Part shown: piece after piece, positions 56,414-64,000 of the stretch
Layout: the number at the start of each line of letters is the position of its first letter
How positions within the stretch are numbered: the first letter of the stretch is position 1
Virus record (IMG/VR): IMGVR_UViG_3300036770_008730
DNA length: 64,000 bases
Origin: a virus
Taxonomy: Duplodnaviria; Caudoviricetes
Reading direction: 5' to 3' (one strand)
Translations under genes and position numbers: made by a program
The notes under the pieces: model-generated
The model's input: the letters and a program-made list of their open reading frames with translations, nothing else
Database searches by the model: none
Told to the model about the DNA's origin: nothing

Positions 56414-58315
56414 ATGAAAGTGTTTAAATATTTTGATTTTTTATTAGAAGCAACTAGAGTTCAAAAAACAATGAGACTTCACTATTCAGAGAAGTTTAGA
56501 AGTCTTCTACAAAAGATGCAAAAAAATAATGATTTCGCATCACTACTTTTAGCAGCCGAAGACTCAAATCAAATCTCAGATATCTACACATTAATTGATG
56601 TGACTGATAAAAATGATATGATTTCTTGCATACAAGTAAATCGTATTTTAAGATCGAATCCCGATACTAAAACCTATACAAATGATGATGTTTATTTTTT
56701 GAATAGATCAATCACCAACGATGAAAAAAATGAGTTTTGGAAGAATGGCAGAACTAATATGGGAATTGGAAAATGGATGAGAAGGGTTGTTGTTGATTTA
56801 TATAAATCACCATCAGTCCTAAATGATAAAAAACTGGAAGATTTTGTCAATCTCTATAAATCTACTTTTGATGGTATTAATAATGTTAAAGAAGAAAGAT
56901 TTCAACTAGTAGAAGGTGACGAAATTAGAAAATGGTATCATGCAGATAACTATTTTGAACTAAAAGGTCAATTAGGAAATTCTTGCATGAGATATACAAG
57001 ATGTCAAGATTACTTAGATATTTATGTTAAAAATCCAGAAGTTTGCAAATTGTTAATTTACAAAAGTGAAGAAGACCCTGAAAAGATTATTGGACGAGCT
57101 CTTATCTGGAATATTAAACCAACACCGAAAGGTATTACAAAATACATGGATAGAATTTATACCATCGCTGATTCTGATAGGTTACTATTTCAAGATTGGG
57201 CTACTGAAAATGGCGTAAATTATGGATACTCTGGTGTCAAATATATTCAACTTAATAATGTTAATTTCAACAAATATCCATATATGGACACATTTATCTA
57301 TCTAAATAAAGAAACAAAGTCTTTAACAAATGACGATGGTGTTTGGCCTGGACAAAGCTATATAAAAATACAAGACACAAACGGTGGATATACTGACGAT
57401 GATAGCGTTTGGTCAGAATATCACGGTGATTATATATCAAGAGAAAATGCTGTTTATTGTGACTACAGTGACGATTGGATTCACATTGATGATGCTAATT
57501 ATCTTGACTATAAGGATGTATATGTTGGTCCTAATGTAGATACCGCTTATTCGGAATATCACGGAGAGACCTTTTTAACGGATGATGTTGTTTGGTCAGA
57601 ATGTATGAATGATAATCTTTATCCAGAATATTCAAATGTTGTTGAAATGAAAACAAGTTACCAAGGTGATACAGATTGGGTTATTAGCACTCGAACAGAT
57701 CTTTGTTTGAAAGTTGGTGATGATTATTATAGTAGAAAAGATTATATAAAAGATCCATATAGTGATGAATATCATTTCTTAGATGAAAAAGAAATGAAAA
57801 CTTATGAAGATAGATTCAAAGAAAGTTGGGGTGATAAACTTTATGATAAGTTACTAAAAGACATTATTCCTGAAGGAATGAGAAATGAAGAATTCAATAT
57901 TTTAAGAGAATGGGTAGTTTCTGAAATTAAAAAGGATATATTAGAGGAAAACTATGATATACATTTAATTTCTGAGATTGAAAATAATGAAATATTTAGA
58001 CGAAACATCAATTTCTTCTATGCTGCACAACGGGATAAAGAAATAAAACCTACTGCAAAAGATTTGGTGCCGTTAATTATTGCCTGTAAAATAAAACCAG
58101 TGAGTGTGCGAGGATATGTTAGTACTGGATTATATAAAGAATTACACACAATGGCTACAAGTATGATAAATCCCGAAGATAAAGATTTAGTAAAGAAGTA
58201 TAAATTTTATGCAGAAAATAGATTTATCTCAATCATCAATAGATTGGCCTTATCTATAAGTTCCGAATCACTTGGATTAGATTTGTATAAGAAGTTCTTA
58301 TTTATTAATAGTTAA
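56414..58315 (+). CDS. tagged 'SCM-GRALIW-DRxY' family protein (paralog 3) with acidic aromatic repeats
   Basis: MKVFKYFDFLLEA; NSCM, GRALIW, MDRIY, YPYMDT; WSEYHG / YSEYHG / WSEC repeats. Confidence 0.85.
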   Translation: MKVFKYFDFLLEATRVQKTMRLHYSEKFRSLLQKMQKNNDFASLLLAAEDSNQISDIYTLIDVTDKNDMISCIQVNRILRSNPDTKTYTNDDVYFLNRSITNDEKNEFWKNGRTNMGIGKWMRRVVVDLYKSPSVLNDKKLEDFVNLYKSTFDGINNVKEERFQLVEGDEIRKWYHADNYFELKGQLGNSCMRYTRCQDYLDIYVKNPEVCKLLIYKSEEDPEKIIGRALIWNIKPTPKGITKYMDRIYTIADSDRLLFQDWATENGVNYGYSGVKYIQLNNVNFNKYPYMDTFIYLNKETKSLTNDDGVWPGQSYIKIQDTNGGYTDDDSVWSEYHGDYISRENAVYCDYSDDWIHIDDANYLDYKDVYVGPNVDTAYSEYHGETFLTDDVVWSECMNDNLYPEYSNVVEMKTSYQGDTDWVISTRTDLCLKVGDDYYSRKDYIKDPYSDEYHFLDEKEMKTYEDRFKESWGDKLYDKLLKDIIPEGMRNEEFNILREWVVSEIKKDILEENYDIHLISEIENNEIFRRNINFFYAAQRDKEIKPTAKDLVPLIIACKIKPVSVRGYVSTGLYKELHTMATSMINPEDKDLVKKYKFYAENRFISIINRLALSISSESLGLDLYKKFLFINS

Positions 58316-58563
58316 TCTATGATTTTTTTTATATTGTGTTCTCTATCGATAGAGACTTGATTTTGATAATACCATCTACGAAAATCGCTTGCAAAGTAAA
58401 CAAATTCTTTTTCACCACTACCGTCTAACTTATCTTCCATAATACATCCTTGACCACAAATAAATCTATCGAAGCTTTGTTTCCAGTGCTCCGGGATATA
58501 AGAATCTCTAACATCGACGTTAGCATCATATAACTCTTTTAGTGTCGGTATTCTTTCTTTCAT
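58312..58563 (-). CDS. hypothetical protein with C-terminal REHNIKKII motif
   Basis: TATATTTG at 58569-58576 on the minus strand. Confidence 0.65.
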   Translation of the reverse strand: MKERIPTLKELYDANVDVRDSYIPEHWKQSFDRFICGQGCIMEDKLDGSGEKEFVYFASDFRRWYYQNQVSIDREHNIKKIID

Positions 58564-58623
58564 AGTTACAAATATACAAAAATATATTAATAAACTAAAT
58601 AATTGTTTTAGAATATATCATGT

Positions 58624-59811
58624 GTGGATAAATCTTATGTCGCTAATATTATTCAAAACGTATTAAATAAAGAGTTTTCTTCTACTCATAGAAGAAAAAT
58701 AATAACATATGCAGATCGTTTAAACATATGTTGTCCATACTGTGGTGATGGAAAATCAGACCATAAAAAAAGAGGTAATTTTTATTTCAATCGTTTAATT
58801 TATATTTGCTTTAATTGTGATAAGAAAACCACATTTGATAGATTTTGTAAAGACTTCAACGAACAATTAGATCCTGAAAAGAAACTAGAAATGATTGAAC
58901 ACTTAAATAGTGTTATGACATATTCTGATTATGAAGGAGACTTTGTTGATGCCAGATTAGAAAATCTAATTGACTTAACAGAGCTTGAAAGGGTTTTTTC
59001 ACAAGACCTTACTCCCATATCCGATTTCAAACCAATTCAAGTAAATGGAGGAGTCTACAAATATCTAATCGGAAGAGGTATTCCACCAGAATATCATAAT
59101 AACATTTATCAAGCCAAATACTGGAAAAATGAAGATGAACACGAGTGGATTATTGTTCTATTAAATAGAAGAGGTGATAAGATTTTAGGAATGCAAATTA
59201 GAAATTTGAAAGAAGGCAGAAAAAGAATGTTCAAAATTTACAATTATGAGAATCTTTTAGAATGGGTAAATATTGGAAAAGATACTGGAGAATCAGATAT
59301 GAATAGTTTAGTAATTTACAACAAACTTTCTTACTACTTTAACATATTAAATGTTGATTTCGGTGAAAGAATTACTGTATTTGAAGGATATTTAGATTCT
59401 TTATTTTTTCCAAATTCAATTGGACTTGTTGGTGTAAATACAGACTTTCGCTTTTTAGAAAATAATAATTTAGATTTACAATACTTTTTTGACAATGATG
59501 AAGCCGGGTATAAAAAATCTGAAGAAAAATTAAAAAATGGATATTCTATTTTCTTATGGAAAAAGTTATTTGAAGATATTGTTGAAAAAAAGAATTCAGA
59601 CGATCCATATAAACTCTTACATAGAATTGGCAAGGTAAAAGATGTAAACAAACTTTGTCAGCTTGTTCCAGATGCTTATAAAAAACTACAATTACAAAGC
59701 TTTTTTAGTAAAGATATTTTAGATATAAAGTGGATTCCTAAGTTTAGAAAAACAAAGAAGAAAGAAGAAACCGACTATAATAAAAAGTTTGACTCTTTCA
59801 AATATCTTTAA
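58624..59811 (+). CDS. T4 gp61-like DNA primase
   Basis: CPYCGD and YICFNC zinc site; YLIGRGI; VFEGYLDS and FDNDEAG TOPRIM; GTG start. Confidence 0.85.
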   Translation: MDKSYVANIIQNVLNKEFSSTHRRKIITYADRLNICCPYCGDGKSDHKKRGNFYFNRLIYICFNCDKKTTFDRFCKDFNEQLDPEKKLEMIEHLNSVMTYSDYEGDFVDARLENLIDLTELERVFSQDLTPISDFKPIQVNGGVYKYLIGRGIPPEYHNNIYQAKYWKNEDEHEWIIVLLNRRGDKILGMQIRNLKEGRKRMFKIYNYENLLEWVNIGKDTGESDMNSLVIYNKLSYYFNILNVDFGERITVFEGYLDSLFFPNSIGLVGVNTDFRFLENNNLDLQYFFDNDEAGYKKSEEKLKNGYSIFLWKKLFEDIVEKKNSDDPYKLLHRIGKVKDVNKLCQLVPDAYKKLQLQSFFSKDILDIKWIPKFRKTKKKEETDYNKKFDSFKYL

Positions 59812-59813
59812 CC

Positions 59814-60287
59814 TCAAATAAAAACTATTTTCTCGTTACTATATTTGGTATTTTTTCTTGAAAGATAATACATAAAATCTAAGTTTCCTCTTTCTGCATT
59901 ACAGTCTTTACAACAAACAATTAAATTTACTTGGCAATTATTCCCACCATTTGAAATTGGAACTATGTGGTCCGCTGTTGCATTTTCCAAATTAAGAGGT
60001 TTTTCACAATAAAGACATTTTGCTTTTTTGTTAGAAATAACAAATTCTCTGGCATATCCTGAAGTTCTTCTCTTAACATTTTTACCGTTGTATTTCAGAC
60101 CAACAACAACAAAGTTTTTTAGTATTTTGTATTTCCTTCTGTATATCTCACACATTTTATAATGTCGATTTATTGCAACTGATAAATTAATCAGATATTT
60201 CCATCTTTTGTATGTTTTACTATCAACTGAAATAAAGTGTGGATGTTCTGCGGTTGCAAGGAAAATTAAAGTTTTAATCAAATTCAT
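59814..60287 (-). CDS. HNH endonuclease
   Basis: CLYC...TADHIVPISNGG...NLIVCCKDCN. Confidence 0.85.
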   Translation of the reverse strand: MNLIKTLIFLATAEHPHFISVDSKTYKRWKYLINLSVAINRHYKMCEIYRRKYKILKNFVVVGLKYNGKNVKRRTSGYAREFVISNKKAKCLYCEKPLNLENATADHIVPISNGGNNCQVNLIVCCKDCNAERGNLDFMYYLSRKNTKYSNEKIVFI

Positions 60288-60370
60288 ATCTATTCATATC
60301 CTAAGTTATATATTGATAAAGTCCTCTTTCCTAAAATTATATATATCCATGAAAAAATAAATTAATCACT

Positions 60371-60709
60371 ATGGCAAACGAAAAAAAGGCAGTAACTCCA
60401 GCTGCAACAACTGGTTCTAAAAAATGGTTTTTTGGTTGGGAAAACATTAAATGGGTTTGTAAAGAACTTATGAATGTTTATTCTGCTAAGGATTCTTACT
60501 TTTCTAAGAAAAGAATTGAATCAGGAGTAGCTTTTATCATCGCTCAATGGGGTATGATATTCTTCTTACTTGAAAAACATTCAACACTTTCAATGGGAGA
60601 ATTTTTATTATGGGCCGGTGCTGAATTTGCAGTATCTGGATACATCATCAATAAAATTCAGAGTGAGAAAAAGACTCAATCTGAAACACAAACAGAAGAA
60701 CAACTTTAA
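60371..60709 (+). CDS. small membrane protein (holin-like candidate)
   Basis: Two hydrophobic segments, charged C-terminus. Confidence 0.55.
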   Translation: MANEKKAVTPAATTGSKKWFFGWENIKWVCKELMNVYSAKDSYFSKKRIESGVAFIIAQWGMIFFLLEKHSTLSMGEFLLWAGAEFAVSGYIINKIQSEKKTQSETQTEEQL

Positions 60710-60713
60710 AACT

Positions 60714-60738
60714 AAAAACCCTCTAAAAGAGGGTTTTT
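60714..60738. terminator. bidirectional terminator
   Basis: aaaaaccctct-aaa-agagggttttt. Confidence 0.8.
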
Positions 60739-60739
60739 T

Positions 60740-61252
60740 TTATTTTTTATACTTTTGAAATTTTCTTGTATTTCTGTAGCTCTTAGATTCTTTTTGCATT
60801 GTCATCTCTAAGTCCTCAACTGCCTGTTGGTCAGACACTTCTCTCTCGTCTGAAATTTCTTCTGTAGATTCACTTGCTAATAAATAGTCAGCAACTTCTT
60901 GAGCGGTTTTAAACTTCTTTTTATCAACATGAAATACACCTTCACCGGTCTCGTCATTAAATGTCTCAGATGGAAATAGTATTGTTTTTTCTTTGTAAAT
61001 AACTGAATTATTTGACACTGTTGATCCTGGTAATAATTCTGATAAAGTATTTAAATTGTCAGAATAAACATCACCTCCTTCTTGTTCTGTTCCTAACTCC
61101 TCATCTTCAATTGGACCTTCTGCTTTTGGTAATTCACCTTCCAATTGTTCAATCTCAACATCTTCTTCGGATGACATAGGAGCAACATTTGCCGGTGGAA
61201 CCATATCTTCATTAATTTTATTCTTTACGAATTGATTATATCTTTTAATCAT
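60740..61252 (-). CDS. tagged acidic hypothetical protein
   Basis: MIKRYNQFVKNKINED start at 61252. Confidence 0.7.
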   Translation of the reverse strand: MIKRYNQFVKNKINEDMVPPANVAPMSSEEDVEIEQLEGELPKAEGPIEDEELGTEQEGGDVYSDNLNTLSELLPGSTVSNNSVIYKEKTILFPSETFNDETGEGVFHVDKKKFKTAQEVADYLLASESTEEISDEREVSDQQAVEDLEMTMQKESKSYRNTRKFQKYKK

Positions 61253-61285
61253 TTTCAATAGTTATTTTTTTGTATATATAAAATT

Positions 61286-61783
61286 TTAATTTTCAGTTTT
61301 TCCACTCAATTCACCAACTACATAATCTAAGAAGGAATCAAGTTCATATTCTAAACCATTACAAAACTCGAAAACATCATATTCATATCCTTCTTCATCT
61401 TTAGTTAGTGAATAGAAATCAGGAACGACTTGACCATTGTCATATGAAATTATACATCCTTCAAGTCTTCCCTCTAATTTTTTACCATTTGGCCAAGTTA
61501 GGTCTGGAACATAAAGAACTCCTTTGTAATGTTTTTCATCACCGAAATCTTCTATCTCACTTAGTTCAAATTTGAAATAACCGTGATCATCTTCAAAAAC
61601 AGATTCCATTTCTTTTTTTGCTAAATTAACATGATGTAATTCCTGTTGACCTGATTTATGAGAGTCTAAAAATTCTTTTTCCTCTTTTGATAAAGATGAC
61701 ATACCAAACTTGGAAATCTTATCAAGTAAGTCATCCAATCGTTGATTGGAAGTGTATCCTTCATATCTCATTAAATGTTTCAT
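61286..61783 (-). CDS. tagged hypothetical protein with 'LDDLLDKISKFGMSSLS' motif
   Basis: MKHLMRYEGY start at 61783. Confidence 0.7.
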   Translation of the reverse strand: MKHLMRYEGYTSNQRLDDLLDKISKFGMSSLSKEEKEFLDSHKSGQQELHHVNLAKKEMESVFEDDHGYFKFELSEIEDFGDEKHYKGVLYVPDLTWPNGKKLEGRLEGCIISYDNGQVVPDFYSLTKDEEGYEYDVFEFCNGLEYELDSFLDYVVGELSGKTEN

Positions 61784-61822
61784 AACTTTCACATAGTATA
61801 TATTCTGGTTTTAAATAGATAA

Positions 61823-62170
61823 TTAGTGATATTCATTGGTATCACTGAACATATCATTTCCATATTCTCTGATTTGTTTTTTTACAACATCTAACATCGT
61901 ATTTAGACCAACGCCTTCATATTGATATATCCCCACAAAATCATGAGCCATCTCTTCGGTATCAAATGGTACGAAATCTTGTTTTTGTAGAATAGAAACT
62001 AATTTTCTATCTCTATTTTGGTTTTTTATTTCATTAATAAAAGATTCAATAAGAAAAACAATAAATCCACCTGAACCGTCTTTTGGGTGATTTCTTATCA
62101 TATCAAAATCAATACCATGATAATAGTAACAAAGTCTGTTATTTATTATTTCTTTTTCAATTAATGTCAT
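61823..62170 (-). CDS. hypothetical protein
   Basis: Internal RDRKLVSIL motif. Confidence 0.6.
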   Translation of the reverse strand: MTLIEKEIINNRLCYYYHGIDFDMIRNHPKDGSGGFIVFLIESFINEIKNQNRDRKLVSILQKQDFVPFDTEEMAHDFVGIYQYEGVGLNTMLDVVKKQIREYGNDMFSDTNEYH

Positions 62171-62399
62171 CGAAAATATCGTCTAATTTTTGATCTCTAA
62201 TTTCTGATTTATAAACTTCTAGTATTTTATTCTTGAAAAGTTCATCTTCATCAAACCTATCTTTGAATTCTAAAAAATAAGAATTAGATATTTTAAGAAG
62301 AGCCATCTTCGCCCTGGTCAATTTTTCTCCAAACTGATTTGAGCATAGTCTATTTTCTAAATAAGATAGATAAAGTGGATACAATTGGTCATTTTTCAT
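62157..62399 (-). CDS. hypothetical protein with C-terminal RDQKLDDIF motif
   Basis: 80 aa ORF. Confidence 0.6.
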   Translation of the reverse strand: MKNDQLYPLYLSYLENRLCSNQFGEKLTRAKMALLKISNSYFLEFKDRFDEDELFKNKILEVYKSEIRDQKLDDIFDDIN

Positions 62400-62430
62400 A
62401 ATTTATATATCCACATTTAATATATACATT

Positions 62431-63090
62431 ATGATATTAAAATTTAAACTTTTTGAAGCTCAACAAAGACATTACGGTAAAGGAACTTTATTCTCTGATA
62501 ATCACAGAATACCAAATCTACCAGAACAGTGTGCAATGATTGATATTGATGGTGTATCACTATCAGGAAATCAAATAAATGCTATAATCGAGGATAAATT
62601 CAAATTCGATTCGAAAGCATTAGGTAATCCTTTAGAAGGAGAAGGAACTTGGCAAAGAAAAAAATTAGTAGATATCTCCAAAACACTGAGATGTCCTTTA
62701 ATTTTGAATGAGTTATCAACAAAAACTTATATCAAGTTTGATAATAATTTACAACCAGAAAAAATAGATTCACTTGATGAATACTCAGTTATTGAAACTG
62801 CTAATAGAGTATTTGTAGAAATTAGATTTGGTAGACCAAAGGCAATAATGTTTAGAATTGAGGATATAAAAGTTGATGATTTGCCAAATTCGGATTTATT
62901 TAAAGTCGCTTTACAACTATCTCAGAAATTAAATTGTGAACTCTACATCATAAGTGATGACTATAAACCTGGAAAAATATATATCAGAAAATACTTTTCA
63001 AAAGATGGTCAAAAGTCACCAACTTATGTAATAGATTGCGAAAATCCAATAACATGGATTACTGTTTACAAGCAATTAAATCTACTTTAA
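62431..63090 (+). CDS. tagged hypothetical protein
   Basis: MILKFKLFEA; TTAATATATA at 62417-62426. Confidence 0.7.
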   Translation: MILKFKLFEAQQRHYGKGTLFSDNHRIPNLPEQCAMIDIDGVSLSGNQINAIIEDKFKFDSKALGNPLEGEGTWQRKKLVDISKTLRCPLILNELSTKTYIKFDNNLQPEKIDSLDEYSVIETANRVFVEIRFGRPKAIMFRIEDIKVDDLPNSDLFKVALQLSQKLNCELYIISDDYKPGKIYIRKYFSKDGQKSPTYVIDCENPITWITVYKQLNLL

Positions 63091-63998
63091 AATCCTTTTC
63101 CAAAAATATCTAAAACGACTGAAAGTCTTTTTGTTATTTCTGGCATTCCAAGTGGCTCAATAATAGAATTTATCGGTGACAAAATTGACTTATCAAATTG
63201 CTCATCAAAATCAATAGCTGGTGCAAACTCAATCGGATAAGCACCTCTTTGATAAGCAAACATATCCGTTACCGATTTATCTTTACAACAGTAGTATTTA
63301 ATCTTCATTCCTGATTTTATAAATTCATACTTAGACTGTAATTCTTTGTTTTTGAATAAAAGATAATTATGGTGTGCTGCTGACTTAACTGCAAAGTGAG
63401 CCCCAGAAACAAAGTTCAGAGGTAAAGTTTTATCATTATGAACCTTTGTTTCATATTTTGAAACTGAAGATTGCATACAAATATCATCAATATCAGCTAA
63501 CTCAAATTCTCTTCTTAGTTGTTTTACTTGTTTAAGTAAGTCTTTTATATTAAAACTATCAGGGTGTGTAAATAAATACTTTACAATACTAACAATCTTA
63601 TCTCTGGCAAATGCTGGTGTAGATGATCTTACAAGCTCTACTCCCTTTGGGTAAATATAGTTTAATCTATCATATGGAATACCATCTTCGAATAAAATAT
63701 GTTGAATATATTTCTTTTTTGCTATATTGATAATTGACTCTGAAATCCTTTCAAGTTCGAAATCTTCTTTGTTTTCAACTCCAAATGAGTCAGCATATTC
63801 TTCTAAACATTTTTTGAAGTAACCACCATATCTGTAATGGTCTATACCTTGAATAAAATCAATTTCATTAGACCAATTCCACTTGATTTTACTTTTGTCA
63901 ATTTGACCATTTTTTATTAACCCCTTTAATGTTCTATCTTTTACAAAATGACCATCTATAAGAATAACTTCGAAGTCTCCGGTCTTAAGATAGTTTTC
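63087..63998 (-). CDS. family B DNA polymerase (T4 gp43-like), C-terminal part, cut by the window edge
   Basis: Manual translation shows the frame open from the edge: FELERISE...AKKKY...KGVELVRSSTP...IDFDEQFDKSILSP. Confidence 0.9.
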   Translation of the reverse strand, partial: ENYLKTGDFEVILIDGHFVKDRTLKGLIKNGQIDKSKIKWNWSNEIDFIQGIDHYRYGGYFKKCLEEYADSFGVENKEDFELERISESIINIAKKKYIQHILFEDGIPYDRLNYIYPKGVELVRSSTPAFARDKIVSIVKYLFTHPDSFNIKDLLKQVKQLRREFELADIDDICMQSSVSKYETKVHNDKTLPLNFVSGAHFAVKSAAHHNYLLFKNKELQSKYEFIKSGMKIKYYCCKDKSVTDMFAYQRGAYPIEFAPAIDFDEQFDKSILSPINSIIEPLGMPEITKRLSVVLDIFGKGF

Positions 63999-64000
63999 TA

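Noticed and set aside
59814-60287. HNH gene as part of an intron or intein
   Set aside because: It is free-standing and convergent with an intact primase; no interrupted host gene is visible.
63087-63476. A separate 129-aa gene as listed in the track
   Set aside because: The frame is open to the window edge; it is the C-terminus of the DNA polymerase.

Overview
This window is a 64 kb, very AT-rich, gene-dense piece of a large T4-like (jumbo or huge) myophage genome, read in the standard genetic code. Core phage genes include a gp43-like family B DNA polymerase (cut by the window edge), a gp61-like primase, a UvsW helicase, and a baseplate/tail module (about 38.6-50.1 kb) with gp5-like, gp53/LysM-like and hub-like proteins. 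The host is very probably Bacteroidota. Evidence: TAnnTTTG promoters, no Shine-Dalgarno motifs noticed, signal peptides cleaved before Gln, and a T9SS C-terminal sorting domain. Auxiliary genes include purA, purN, rpiB fused to a SiaC/DUF1987 domain, speD, a deoxynucleoside kinase, a 5'-nucleotidase, two clpP genes, an FKBP, an Asn/Asp-tRNA-synthetase-like catalytic domain and a three-gene two-component module. The most striking pattern: about 19 unrelated proteins share a short N-terminal tag (M-K-x-[IL]-K-x-[FY]-x-x-F...E) resembling the T4 capsid-targeting sequence, and most lie behind a (T)TAATATATA late-promoter-like motif. Their cargo domains include Nudix, DHH, HAD, zinc peptidase, flavin oxidase, lysozyme, OmpA-like and three paralogous 'SCM' proteins, which suggests a large virion-packaged, injected effector set. 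A separate group of small proteins shares a C-terminal R[DN]xK[IL]xx[IL] motif. Also seen: a candidate -1 frameshift at A_AAA_AAG, a candidate pseudoknotted ncRNA, and small ORFs missed by the track. All domain calls are from motif recognition by eye; no searches were run. No tRNA, rRNA or CRISPR array was recognised.
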